This document shows, piece by piece, positions 17,701 through 25,955 of a stretch of 64,000 bases of DNA. Under the pieces are notes generated by a model, which searched no databases, was not told the origin of the DNA, and saw only the letters and a program-made list of their open reading frames with translations. The stretch covers positions 16,564 through 80,563 of the forward strand of contig JBAXND010000008.1 of assembly GCA_037133915.1 (NCBI GenBank), in the 5' to 3' direction. A program made the translations under genes and the position numbers. This stretch comes from Bacteroidota bacterium (lineage in GTDB: Bacteria > Bacteroidota > Bacteroidia > Bacteroidales > CAIWKO01). How positions within the stretch are numbered: position 1 is the first letter of the stretch; each line of letters opens with the position of its first letter.

Positions 17701-18601
17701 TTGCTCCGGCAGGTACGCTCCAGTTATAGGTTGTTGCGCCGGTAACAGGAGAAATAGAATAGGTAAAAGTTTGCCCCGGACAAACAACCGTGGGTCCGGT
17801 AATAGCTCCAGGCGCTGCCGGAGCTGGTGCAAGCGTAATAGTAATACAACTGGGTGCGCTGGTACCGCATGAGTTAGTTGCCGTGACGCAAATCTGACCT
17901 GCATTCGCACCAAAGGTTACCGTGATGGATGTGGAGCCTTGTCCTGATACTATGGTAGCACCTGCTGGAACAGTCCAGTTATAGGATGTGGCGCCTGTTA
18001 CAGCAGCAATAGAATAAGTAAACGTCTGACCCGGACATACGGCCGTGGTACCGGTAATTGCACCGGGTGTCGGTGGTCCGTTGATTGTGCCGGGCTGGTA
18101 ATTGAATGTCAAAACTACGCGTTGGGTGCAAATCTCAGTACCGAAGGGCTGAGGATTGGCGTATAATGTATTTGTCCCACTGTAATTGTAATTAGGAAGT
18201 CCGCAGGGAAACGTATTCGTGCAGGTTACTGCGTTGCAGCTTCCGCAGTTGCATGTGTGAGAACCTAAATTAACAGCAGTGCATATTGTTTGACCGTTAA
18301 TCTGTGTAGGTACGTTTTGCGCCGAACAGTCGGCTGCATAATAGGTAACCGTAACTCCTGTAATAACATTACCGGCAGGTACAGGATTGGTAAAGGTTTT
18401 GGTTTGCTGCGATGACTGGCAACAAGGACATCCGCTGGTGCCGATACACATATAGTCGGTACCGCACACACTGCAACAACCCCACGATTGTGCTCCGGAA
18501 TAATAAATAGTAACAGTCGCTGTCTGTGCATTAATACCGCTTGCGCCGGCACAAATCAATGCCACTATTATGAAAAAACGTACGATTTTTCTCTTCATCA
18601 C
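14708..18601 (-). CDS. Giant secreted multi-Ig/PKD-like repeat protein with T9SS type B (gliding-motility-associated) C-terminal domain
   Basis: 1297 aa with a signal peptide. The Cys-rich N-terminal ~170 aa is followed by 3 x ~86-aa tandem repeats (AITG..CPGQTFTYSI...YNW.VPAGA...CVTA.N.CGTSAP) and 3 x ~95-aa repeats (TN.P.SQTICSG...). Further PKD-like modules follow. The C-terminus FTPDGNGLNEFF...IFDRWGQEVY...WDG...GNVTLVR matches the type B CTD pattern. Confidence 0.85.
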   Translation of the reverse strand: MMKRKIVRFFIIVALICAGASGINAQTATVTIYYSGAQSWGCCSVCGTDYMCIGTSGCPCCQSSQQTKTFTNPVPAGNVITGVTVTYYAADCSAQNVPTQINGQTICTAVNLGSHTCNCGSCNAVTCTNTFPCGLPNYNYSGTNTLYANPQPFGTEICTQRVVLTFNYQPGTINGPPTPGAITGTTAVCPGQTFTYSIAAVTGATSYNWTVPAGATIVSGQGSTSITVTFGANAGQICVTATNSCGTSAPSCITITLAPAPAAPGAITGPTVVCPGQTFTYSISPVTGATTYNWSVPAGATVTSGQGTTSITVTFGANAGNICVTASNTCGTSAPTCITTTLAPTPPAPGAITGPPTACPNTTQTYSITAVAGATTYNWTVPTGAVINSGQGTTSISVTFGTTSGTICVNAGNACGNSANTCMNVTISPLPTVTNTPMSQTICSGQTTTSVTLTSAVPGTTFAWTSSASPNISGAAASGTSTIPAMTLINSDTTAGTVTITITPTANGCTGTVATYTITVNPTPVITNNPLSQTICSGDALNILLTSNISGATFAWSATSPSGNITGFTPSGTGNITDVLTNTTSNPGTVVYLINAAYNGCTGPQGNYTVTVNPTPTVTNSPLTLTICSGQSTNIILTSNVTGTTFSWTGSNTSGTITGFSGSGSGNINDILNNSLTTLGTVTYTITPTANGCVGPAVNFVVTVDTSAPVGVVVTSLPVSPICFGTTVVFGATVTNGGTAPTYQWQLNGVNVGTGVNIYSANNLPVGTNIISCTVTSNSPSCITGNPGIGVDTVVVNPIPNTTITAAGPYCVDSPSTTLSAATAGGTWSGTGITDATLGTFDPATAGVGTHTITYTLTDPVTSCVGTSTYNIIVNNLPAINFPNYSSVCVNSTPFLLNTATPAGGTYSGAGVSANTFTPSTAGIGVATITYTYTDPATSCVNSATQNINVINGITVTALPSSANVCPGQSTTCLAAGADTYVWTPATGLSNSTGPAVVASPTTTTVYTVTGTDNVGCTGAATVLINVFPLSGLTFSTVPSEGCKPLDVNFDYVPGVNIADSSWAWNFGDLFSANNTSFELSPMHTYANEGTYTASLTAVTTDGCTETGVSTINVYTKPVADFYFSPSVATMDDPKVNMVNQSSGANTWYWNFDDPASGILNESTEHLPSHTFSDTGTFNVILVASSNHGCSDTTSRLITIFPQILIFAPTAFTPDGNGLNEFFMPSIQGLISNKFEMHIFDRWGQEVYVCTEIGKGWDGSVKGSSTIAPPAVYTWIAYYTDNLNKKYKIMGNVTLVR

Positions 18602-18621
18602 TTAAGTTTTTGCAACAGAAA

Positions 18622-19050
18622 TTATAAGCCTAATACAGTGAAATTCTGAACGCCATAGCGTTTAAATTCTGAAAGAGCAATGCCAAAGTCGCTCAGTTTT
18701 ATGGTGAGTGCATTCTCAGGTGTACATTCACCCTTGATGCCTACCTGTGCAGGTATCACTACCGATTTTCTGTCGGAAGTTCCAAGTTTCCAATCCCATT
18801 TTTCGTCCTGTGTAAAAATGCCGTCGTTCCAGCTTACCTGAGCTGAATAAGGGTTGGTGTTCACAAAACGGATATAAACAACATTCGCCCCATCACAAGT
18901 ATCTTGTTGATACCATGCTTCTACTCCATCAAGAATATTTCCACCCGATACCGTCAGGAAAACCTGTTCCCATCCTGAGTTAATCTGAGCTTTCGCCGAA
19001 AATGAAAAAAGGAAAAGAGCAAGAAAAGCAGTGATAAGGTTCCGTTTCAT
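18622..19050 (-). CDS. Hypothetical small secreted protein
   Basis: 142 aa with signal peptide MKRNLITAFLALFLFSFSAKAQ. It sits 20 bp upstream of the giant T9SS cargo gene on the same strand, so it is likely co-transcribed. No recognisable family. Confidence 0.5.
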   Translation of the reverse strand: MKRNLITAFLALFLFSFSAKAQINSGWEQVFLTVSGGNILDGVEAWYQQDTCDGANVVYIRFVNTNPYSAQVSWNDGIFTQDEKWDWKLGTSDRKSVVIPAQVGIKGECTPENALTIKLSDFGIALSEFKRYGVQNFTVLGL

Positions 19051-19308
19051 GGCTAATGGTTTGTTTTTATTTATTTTAGCAACAAAAATATCTAATTAAT
19101 AACTAATATACAAAGAAAAAGTACTTCATAGACGGAAATTTGTTATAAATGGTTGTTGCTTACTGATAATTTTATCAAATAATTCAGATAAATGATATTT
19201 TTGCAAGGCGATTGAAAAACGTTAATTAGCCAGATTAGCTTTATGTATTACTAATAAGCTCGTTTAAAACAACAGTTGTCAAATTGCGCAGCGACTCTTA
19301 ATAATTGG

Positions 19309-19316
19309 TATTTTTG
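19309..19316 (+). promoter_or_regulatory. Candidate -7 promoter box for the SBBP-repeat gene
   Basis: TATTTTTG (TAnnTTTG) lies 27 nt upstream of the ATG at 19343. Confidence 0.35.
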
Positions 19317-19342
19317 CAATATCTACTTTAATAATTTATTAG

Positions 19343-21052
19343 ATGAAAAAATCAATACTCTTTTTTCTTGCACTCTTTGTAATGATTTTTACGATCAATG
19401 CTCAGGAATATAAATGGGTAATCAATCCTAAAGGAACCGATTCAGACTATTCCAACGATATTTTTGTGGACGGTTTAGGGAATAACTACACTACAGGATA
19501 TTTTCGGAGTGCCAGCCTCGATTGTGGAAATACTACCTTATACAATTCCGGCGGAATCGATTCGGCTGGTGGCCCCTGTTTCGACCTGTTCGTGATAAAA
19601 ATGGATTCGAACGGCGTAATCAACTGGGCGAAAAGTGCTGGACAATCGGGCAAATTCGAAAGCGGTACCGGAATTGCGGGCGACCATGCCGGTAATGTTT
19701 TTATTTCAGGTTGGTTTACGGGAACAAATTTTCAAATGGGCGGATCTACGCTTGTAAGCGCAGGTTTGTGGGAAGCTTTCTTGGCGAAATACGATAATGC
19801 GGGCAACGTTGCATGGGCACAAAAATTTGGCGGCCCTTCCGATGATGTCGGTACGTCTGTAGCGGTTGACGACAGTGGAAATGTATATTTTACCGGCTAT
19901 TTCTTTAGTCCAACAATTCAGTTCGGAACTATTACACTCACCAAATCAGGCGGCGGTATGTCATCTGACGCTTTTCTGGCTAAATTCGATAATAATGGAA
20001 ATGTAAAATGGGCAATAAAAATAGGTGGTAGCGGTAGCGATTTAGGCCGTCACCTTGCTGTCGATAAAGCTTACAACGTTTATCTTGCAGGGAATTTCGC
20101 CGGCTCCATGAATATTAGCGGTACACCGCTTTCCAGCAGCGGTAACACTGATATTTTTCTTGCCAAATATACTTCCGGAGGCGCTTTTCTCTGGGCAAAA
20201 AAAGCCGGTGGCAGCGCAATGGACCATGTAAATGGTATCGCCGTGTATGATACAACGGGTTGTGCCATTACCGGCGAAGCCTACAGCAACCCGATTACCT
20301 TTGGGACAATTCCGGTGGCGCATTCAGGCATGACCAATACTTTCGACAGCTACGTGGCGCGTTATAACCAGAATGGAACCGTATTGTGGGCCAAAGGTGC
20401 CGGTGGTGCCGACGATGACATTGGTCGTGATGTAACCTTTGATACAAAAGGGAATCTTTATGCATGCGGCGATTACGCAAGTGCTACCTTTGGTTTTGGT
20501 GGCACAACAATTACGAACAGCAATGCAAACAGTACCTTCACAGATTTCTATGTGGCGAAATTCGATTCCGCAGGAACACAGCAGTGGTTAAAAACGGCCA
20601 ATGGCTTTTATTTCGAATATGCCTATGCGATTGGTGCCGACGCAAAAGATAATCTTTACTTCACTGGCCCCTGGGAAGGAAATACACTTTCATTCAGCCC
20701 GCAAGAAATTGCATCCACCGGAAATACCGATTTCTATATTGCAAAAATTGGCTATCCTTCCGATACTACAGATACTTCGGGAAGCGTAATTAATGAATAT
20801 CAAAAAACCGAAAGCCTCGTTTTTCCAAATCCAAACAACGGAAACTTCACCATCAGTAATGTTGATTACACCCATGAATTGCTTATCACGGTGTTTGATG
20901 TTACCGGTAGAATAGTTTATGAAAGGCTTATTCCTGCCGGGATTTTGCCTAAGGTTGATCTTTCACTCGGCGATATGCAGCAGGGACTTTATATGCTGAG
21001 AGTTGTTTCAAACGGTAATGAATTTTTCTCTAAATTTGTGGTAAGGAGATAA
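19343..21052 (+). CDS. SBBP (beta-propeller) repeat protein with T9SS type A sorting domain
   Basis: Signal peptide, then about 9 repeats of the D..GN.Y.TGYF / FLAKYD..GN..WA pattern typical of SBBP repeats. The C-terminus LVFPNPNNGNFTIS...GLYMLRVVS...KFVVRR is a type A CTD. Confidence 0.8.
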   Translation: MKKSILFFLALFVMIFTINAQEYKWVINPKGTDSDYSNDIFVDGLGNNYTTGYFRSASLDCGNTTLYNSGGIDSAGGPCFDLFVIKMDSNGVINWAKSAGQSGKFESGTGIAGDHAGNVFISGWFTGTNFQMGGSTLVSAGLWEAFLAKYDNAGNVAWAQKFGGPSDDVGTSVAVDDSGNVYFTGYFFSPTIQFGTITLTKSGGGMSSDAFLAKFDNNGNVKWAIKIGGSGSDLGRHLAVDKAYNVYLAGNFAGSMNISGTPLSSSGNTDIFLAKYTSGGAFLWAKKAGGSAMDHVNGIAVYDTTGCAITGEAYSNPITFGTIPVAHSGMTNTFDSYVARYNQNGTVLWAKGAGGADDDIGRDVTFDTKGNLYACGDYASATFGFGGTTITNSNANSTFTDFYVAKFDSAGTQQWLKTANGFYFEYAYAIGADAKDNLYFTGPWEGNTLSFSPQEIASTGNTDFYIAKIGYPSDTTDTSGSVINEYQKTESLVFPNPNNGNFTISNVDYTHELLITVFDVTGRIVYERLIPAGILPKVDLSLGDMQQGLYMLRVVSNGNEFFSKFVVRR

Positions 21053-21061
21053 ACACCGCAC

Positions 21062-22681
21062 TTGAATTTTCAATCATTTATCCAATCCCCTAAAAGGGAA
21101 TTCGTAATTGCAGGCATATTTATTGTCGCGGGTTTGCTGTTGTTCGCACCCTCTGTCTCGATTGCCTTCCTTTCCGATGATTATTATGCACTCATTGTAT
21201 TTCAACAGAAAGGCCTAAAGCTGTTTTATAATCTCCACGATCGGACGTTTATTCCATTCACGCTGTTTTTAATGGGAGTAATCCACCAAATATTTGGCGC
21301 GTCTGCTGCGGCATTCAGAATTTTTTCCATTATCCTTCATGCGCTGAACGCCTATCTGATTTATAGATTGCTGATGAGAATTTTTATGATTAAAGGGATT
21401 CATAGTAAACAAATATTCCTTACTGCATTCCTCGGCGGGATGTTTTTTTTGGCATTCCCTTTTCATGCCGAACCTATTGTCTGGATTGCTGCAACTGCTT
21501 ATCCTCTCTGTGTTCTTCTTTGTCTTGCAGCTGTTCATTGCTATATTTCATATCGTACTATCGGTAAAAACTTCTTGTTGATAATTTCCGTTATTGCATT
21601 TTTTCTTGCATTGCTCTCAAAAGAATTTGCGGTTGTACTTCCCTTGATAATTGCAATGTTTGAATTGTTTTTATTTCGTGGTAACATAGAATACAAAATT
21701 CGTTTCAGGAAAATGTCATTTTCAATTATCTTGTTTATCGGTGTGTTGTTACTGTATTTGCTGTTTCGACGGCTCGCAGCGGGCGAGTGGATTGGGCTTT
21801 ATGGTAGTGTTGTGCATACTCAGATAAATGCGGAAATATTAGCAAAAACACTCGCTGCTTATTTTGCCAATTTTGTATTGCTGTTTCGCTATTGGCAGCT
21901 TGTGCCCGGTAGTTTTATCAATAATCACACGTCGCTATTGCTTATTGGTGGCGCTGTAATAACCATTACCGGTCTGATTATTCTGCTGATTCGTTCCCGA
22001 AATACTGCAAAACATTCTTCATTATATTTATTGTTGATGAGCGCATTCATTGCCTTGGTACCTGTGCTCAATCTCGAAACCGGCTTCCTTACACAAATAC
22101 AATCGGAACGCTACGGTTATTTTTCAGCAGTTTTTTTCTGCCCTGCCATTGCCGTATTACTTACGTTGATTTTCAAGAATAAGTTTTGGCGCGTTATCTT
22201 TTCTGTGCTGATTTTAGGTCTCTATATTTTATTGCTTCAAATGAATATCCATAAATTCAGAAATGCGGGAGCGCTTGCAGATAAGGTTCTTTGCGGAGCG
22301 GCAACACTGGAACAAACCAACGAACATACCGTTTTGCTTAATGTGCCTGATACGTATGATGGTGTATATGTTTTTAGAAACGGTCTTGCTGAAGCATTGC
22401 AGTTGCAGCATGGAGATGCCGGGAAACGCATTTCAGCATTGACTTATTTTTCTGGCAATGCAGATGCAGAACGTATAACAATCATGAAAAATAGTGACCG
22501 TATTAGTATCCGTTCTTCACAAAAAAACGTACATGTTTTTGCAGACACTGACGTTTTCCCAAGTCGTTATACATCCCTGCTTCGCTCGGACAATGACGTA
22601 GTGATTCTGAAAATGAAAGACACAATTTCGTGTCGTTATTATCGATACACTGCAACGGGAGATTTGTTTGAAATCCTTTGA
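21062..22681 (+). CDS. Polytopic membrane protein, putative GT-C fold glycosyltransferase (PMT/ArnT-like)
   Basis: 539 aa with at least 10 hydrophobic helices. An acidic SDDYY motif sits in the first predicted external loop, as in GT-C enzymes, and the C-terminal domain is soluble. The track start is TTG, 9 nt after the preceding stop; no nearby in-frame ATG. Confidence 0.45.
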   Translation: MNFQSFIQSPKREFVIAGIFIVAGLLLFAPSVSIAFLSDDYYALIVFQQKGLKLFYNLHDRTFIPFTLFLMGVIHQIFGASAAAFRIFSIILHALNAYLIYRLLMRIFMIKGIHSKQIFLTAFLGGMFFLAFPFHAEPIVWIAATAYPLCVLLCLAAVHCYISYRTIGKNFLLIISVIAFFLALLSKEFAVVLPLIIAMFELFLFRGNIEYKIRFRKMSFSIILFIGVLLLYLLFRRLAAGEWIGLYGSVVHTQINAEILAKTLAAYFANFVLLFRYWQLVPGSFINNHTSLLLIGGAVITITGLIILLIRSRNTAKHSSLYLLLMSAFIALVPVLNLETGFLTQIQSERYGYFSAVFFCPAIAVLLTLIFKNKFWRVIFSVLILGLYILLLQMNIHKFRNAGALADKVLCGAATLEQTNEHTVLLNVPDTYDGVYVFRNGLAEALQLQHGDAGKRISALTYFSGNADAERITIMKNSDRISIRSSQKNVHVFADTDVFPSRYTSLLRSDNDVVILKMKDTISCRYYRYTATGDLFEIL

Positions 22682-22692
22682 TTGTAATTGTT

Positions 22693-23466
22693 TCAGCTTG
22701 CACCATCATCAATGGTAAGGAAAAATGAAACAGGCATCAGCATCTGAACCCTCACCGCCTGGCCGTTTTGCTGACCGGGATTCCATCGGGGCATCATGTG
22801 TACAACCCGTGCAACTTCATCGTCGCAGCCGCAACCAATACCCTGAAGAATTTTTATACTGCTGAGTGAACCGTCTTTTTCAACAATAAATGTTGCATAC
22901 ACTGTCCCCTGAACCTTGTATTGCCTTGCCAACAGCGGGTATTTTACATTCCGCTGAAGAAATAGATTGCGTTCTTTTTCGCCCCCGGGAAACTGAGGCG
23001 CAACTTCCACTTTTACATAGATGGGCGCAGGGCCATTTCCATCGCTTTCACTTTGCCCGTTTCCGCTTGTATTATTGTTTCCGGTGCCTGTTCCCGCTGT
23101 ATCGCCTTTAGGACTTTCAATGTCATGCTGGCTAAGGTCGACATCATTTTCATCGTGGTGTGTAACAACCGGCTGTATGTTCTCTGTTTTTTTTCGGGGC
23201 ATTCTTCCCGCAGAAGGAAGATCTATTTTATTTTGTGCAGGCTGAGGAAGTGGCTGTTTTAAATTCATCTCGTACTGTGACGTGCCGCCGCTTCCGAAAG
23301 TTTCTTTATCAGAATAGCTGTAGAGCGCAATAAAGCTGATGCCAACGACAAAAAAAACGGCAATCAATATTCCGGTTATCACACCGCCCGGATATTCCTT
23401 TCTGTTCTTATAGGCGCCATACGCGGTGTTGCGGTTCTTGAAAATTATATCGTCCCAGCGTTCCAT
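22693..23466 (-). CDS. Energy transducer TonB family protein
   Basis: The start MERWDDIIFKNRNTAYGAYKNRKEY (ATG at 23466) is the typical Bacteroidota TonB N-terminus, followed by a TM helix. A low-complexity linker leads to the C-terminal TonB domain: APQFPGGEKE...YPLLARQYKVQGTVYATFIVEKDGSLS...PGQQNGQAVRV. The 52-codon upstream extension in the track looks spurious. Confidence 0.8.
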   Translation of the reverse strand: MERWDDIIFKNRNTAYGAYKNRKEYPGGVITGILIAVFFVVGISFIALYSYSDKETFGSGGTSQYEMNLKQPLPQPAQNKIDLPSAGRMPRKKTENIQPVVTHHDENDVDLSQHDIESPKGDTAGTGTGNNNTSGNGQSESDGNGPAPIYVKVEVAPQFPGGEKERNLFLQRNVKYPLLARQYKVQGTVYATFIVEKDGSLSSIKILQGIGCGCDDEVARVVHMMPRWNPGQQNGQAVRVQMLMPVSFFLTIDDGAS

Positions 23467-23710
23467 GATATGCGCGTATAGGTATCGTTCGATTTGTAAT
23501 GGCGCGGTAAAATTACACTTTCCATGCCAAAATAGATACATCTCCGGATTTAATATCCTGGTACCGTATCTGCAAACGCCAGATAAAATATCGTTTTTAT
23601 TTAACTGCAAGTTGCCGCGCATTTCTTTTAAGCACCTTTATTGGGGTCTAAGCAGTCATGTGTTTTTTAGCTATTAAAAATTTGTTAATATTTTATTTCG
23701 GAGCATAATA

Positions 23711-23744
23711 AAAGCGGATTATACACGCTTGTATAATCCGCTTT
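23711..23744 (-). terminator. Hairpin terminator downstream of the ArsR-family gene
   Basis: AAAGCGGATTATAC-acgctt-GTATAATCCGCTTT forms a perfect 14-bp stem, flanked by T-runs in both orientations. Confidence 0.75.
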
Positions 23745-23777
23745 TATACGTAAATAAGCCTGTAAAAACTAGTTCGA

Positions 23778-24071
23778 TTAAGTGAGCTTCTCGAGGCATT
23801 TTGCAATTTCGCCAAGCACTCCGGGCTTGATAAAATAATGCATTTCCTGACCATTCCTGCTGTTCATTAAAACGCCCGCCTCTTTCAGTACTTTCAGGTG
23901 ATGTGAGGCTTCCGGCTGAATAATTTCGAAGAGCTTGCAGATCTGGTTTACGTTCATACTGGGCTTTTCTTCAAGAACGCCGATGATGGCTAACCGAAGG
24001 GGATGAGATAATGCTCTCATCCGGGAGGCTACTTTCGTAACTTGCTCCTGATCAATAGACATAGAATTCAT
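23778..24071 (-). CDS. ArsR/SmtB family transcriptional regulator
   Basis: 97 aa with the winged-helix core ALSHPLRLAIIGVLEEKPSMNVNQICKLFEIIQPEASHHLKVLKEAGVL. Confidence 0.85.
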   Translation of the reverse strand: MNSMSIDQEQVTKVASRMRALSHPLRLAIIGVLEEKPSMNVNQICKLFEIIQPEASHHLKVLKEAGVLMNSRNGQEMHYFIKPGVLGEIAKCLEKLT

Positions 24072-24084
24072 TTTTTTACGATTA

Positions 24085-24104
24085 TTTGTTTATATTAAAA
24101 CAAA
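24085..24104. promoter_or_regulatory. 7-6-7 palindrome TTTGTTT-atatta-AAACAAA, candidate ArsR-family operator
   Basis: A perfect inverted repeat 14-33 nt upstream of the regulator start codon. It is AT-rich and low-complexity, so it may be chance. Confidence 0.25.
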
Positions 24105-24222
24105 GATAAGCAAATATTCGTTAATTAGGTGCTTATACCTAAAATTTAACATTTCCAGTATATTTATAACTGATTGTTATTATCTTCTTAATATTTTTAT
24201 ATTGAACCGGAATTGCTATCCA

Positions 24223-25200
24223 TTAAATTGTGATAATTGTCCCAATGTTTTTCTCTATAGCTTTGTCATAAACTAATTTTGCCGTGGCTGCATCCTGTAT
24301 GGCAAGTCCGTTCGATTTAAAAAGTGTAATCATTGAATTATTGGTTCGTCCTGCTTTTTTCGACGTAATGATTTCGCCAATCTCTGCATAAAAATGCTCT
24401 GCCTTTATGACACCTTCTTCAATAGGGATGAGCAGATCGCCGGCCTCACTAAAACATGCTTCTTTAGAATCTCCGACAAAAAGAGATCTCTGAATAATGG
24501 CAGAATCCAGTTCTCTTGCGTTTGGTGTGTGGCTGCCAATCCCGTTTATATGTGTTCCTTCTTTTACCTGGTTTCCGTCAAACAAAGGATTGGCAGATGA
24601 CGTTGCAGTGCATATTATATCCGCTTCAAGCAATTGCTGAGGTTTCGTGGCTATTATAATTTCGATGCCGAGCGTCTCACTCATTTCCGTAGCAAACCTC
24701 CGGGCCGCTTCATCCGAAATATCATAAACAATAGCACTGGCTATATCTCTGACTTCTGTCATTGCCCAAAGCTGCATGCGTGCCTGAACTCCCGAACCGA
24801 AAATTCCAACTACCTGACGTTTATCGTTTCGTGCCAAATATTGCGTTGCTATTCCGCTTGCTGCACCTGTTCGTAAGGCTGTCAAATATCCTCCGTCCAT
24901 GATACATGTTACATCACCTGTTTTGGGATCCTGCAACAGCACTTTCCCTATCGTGGTTGGCATATTGTATTGTGCAGGATTGTTTTTATATACAGTCACA
25001 ACTTTGCATGCAAGCGCCCCCATCACTGGCAAATATGCCGGCATATAAAGCGCAAGACCATCGGGTGGCTTTATGGCCGTTCGGAGCGGGAGCACAGCCG
25101 TTCCGTCAGCCAGTTCTGTAAATGCTTTTTCCATGACCCGGATACAATCCTTCATGGTGAGAACCGACATTACATCGGTACGATTCAGTATAAGTGTCAT
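24223..25200 (-). CDS. Ornithine cyclodeaminase / mu-crystallin family protein
   Basis: 325 aa. The N-terminus MTLILNRTDVMSVLTMKDCIRVMEKAF, then TALRTGAASG and the Rossmann segment VGIFGSGVQAR, are typical of the OCD/mu-crystallin family. Confidence 0.9.
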   Translation of the reverse strand: MTLILNRTDVMSVLTMKDCIRVMEKAFTELADGTAVLPLRTAIKPPDGLALYMPAYLPVMGALACKVVTVYKNNPAQYNMPTTIGKVLLQDPKTGDVTCIMDGGYLTALRTGAASGIATQYLARNDKRQVVGIFGSGVQARMQLWAMTEVRDIASAIVYDISDEAARRFATEMSETLGIEIIIATKPQQLLEADIICTATSSANPLFDGNQVKEGTHINGIGSHTPNARELDSAIIQRSLFVGDSKEACFSEAGDLLIPIEEGVIKAEHFYAEIGEIITSKKAGRTNNSMITLFKSNGLAIQDAATAKLVYDKAIEKNIGTIITI

Positions 25201-25512
25201 CAGTGGAAGATTTGGTTATTGCAATACTAAACAAATTTTTCTATGCATGCAAGGATTGTTTTTGTTCATCTCCGGACTGTCATTCTGAAGCGTTTATAAA
25301 ACCCGGTTTTTACAATAAACCGTTAATGAAATAAAAATTATTGAAACGTTTTTGCATCAATTTTCACATCCCGTTTTTTCAGTTGAAAAATTGTGAAATC
25401 TTTACAGAAATCACGTTTATTATTTATATAGCTTTGTGTTTTCGGAATATAAAATGTGCCTATCGACAAAGGCTGAAATTATCAGGATAAACCATAGATT
25501 AATACCGTTAAA

Positions 25513-25890
25513 ATGAGAAAGAATATTAGCATATCAGGGGCGCCTAAACCTCTTGGTCCGTACAGTCAGGCCGTAATGATAAAAGGAATGTGTTTTATTT
25601 CGGGTCAGGTTGCCATCAATCCGCATACGGGCGAATTTGTAGGCGCAACCGCTGCAGAGCAGGCAGAGCAAGCAATGGAGAACGTCAAGGCTTTGTTATT
25701 CGAAGCAGGACTCGATTTTTCAAATGTGGTGAAAACGTCGATTTTCCTGATGGACATGAACGACTTTGATGCTGTTAACGCCGTTTATCAAGGCTATTTT
25801 CAGGAAAACTATCCTGCCCGCGAAACAGTGCAGGTAAGTCGGTTGCCGAAGAATGCGCTTGTTGAAATATCGGCTATTGCTGTTGAGTAG
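25513..25890 (+). CDS. RidA (YjgF/TdcF) family reactive-intermediate deaminase
   Basis: 125 aa with APKPLGPYSQAV, ISGQVAI and PARETVQVSRLPKNALVEI, the characteristic RidA pattern. Confidence 0.9.
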   Translation: MRKNISISGAPKPLGPYSQAVMIKGMCFISGQVAINPHTGEFVGATAAEQAEQAMENVKALLFEAGLDFSNVVKTSIFLMDMNDFDAVNAVYQGYFQENYPARETVQVSRLPKNALVEISAIAVE

Positions 25891-25955
25891 CATTTTTTTT
25901 GTGTGAATGCTGTGTTTTTATTAAGTATTTATTTAGTAGTTCCGGGTTGTAGAAT

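Noticed and set aside
14802-18552. Numerous 60-126-aa ORFs on both strands inside the adhesin gene (e.g. 14802..15182, 15471..15812, 16068..16328, 17514..17729, 18265..18552).
   Set aside because: All lie within the continuous 1297-aa ORF, which has clear domain structure. The biased Thr/Gly/Pro-rich coding sequence keeps alternative frames open. None has motifs or its own signals.
23467-23622. The 52-codon N-terminal extension of the TonB ORF (track start 23622).
   Set aside because: The extension has no TM or signal character. MERWDDIIFKNRNTAYGAY is the canonical TonB start in this phylum.
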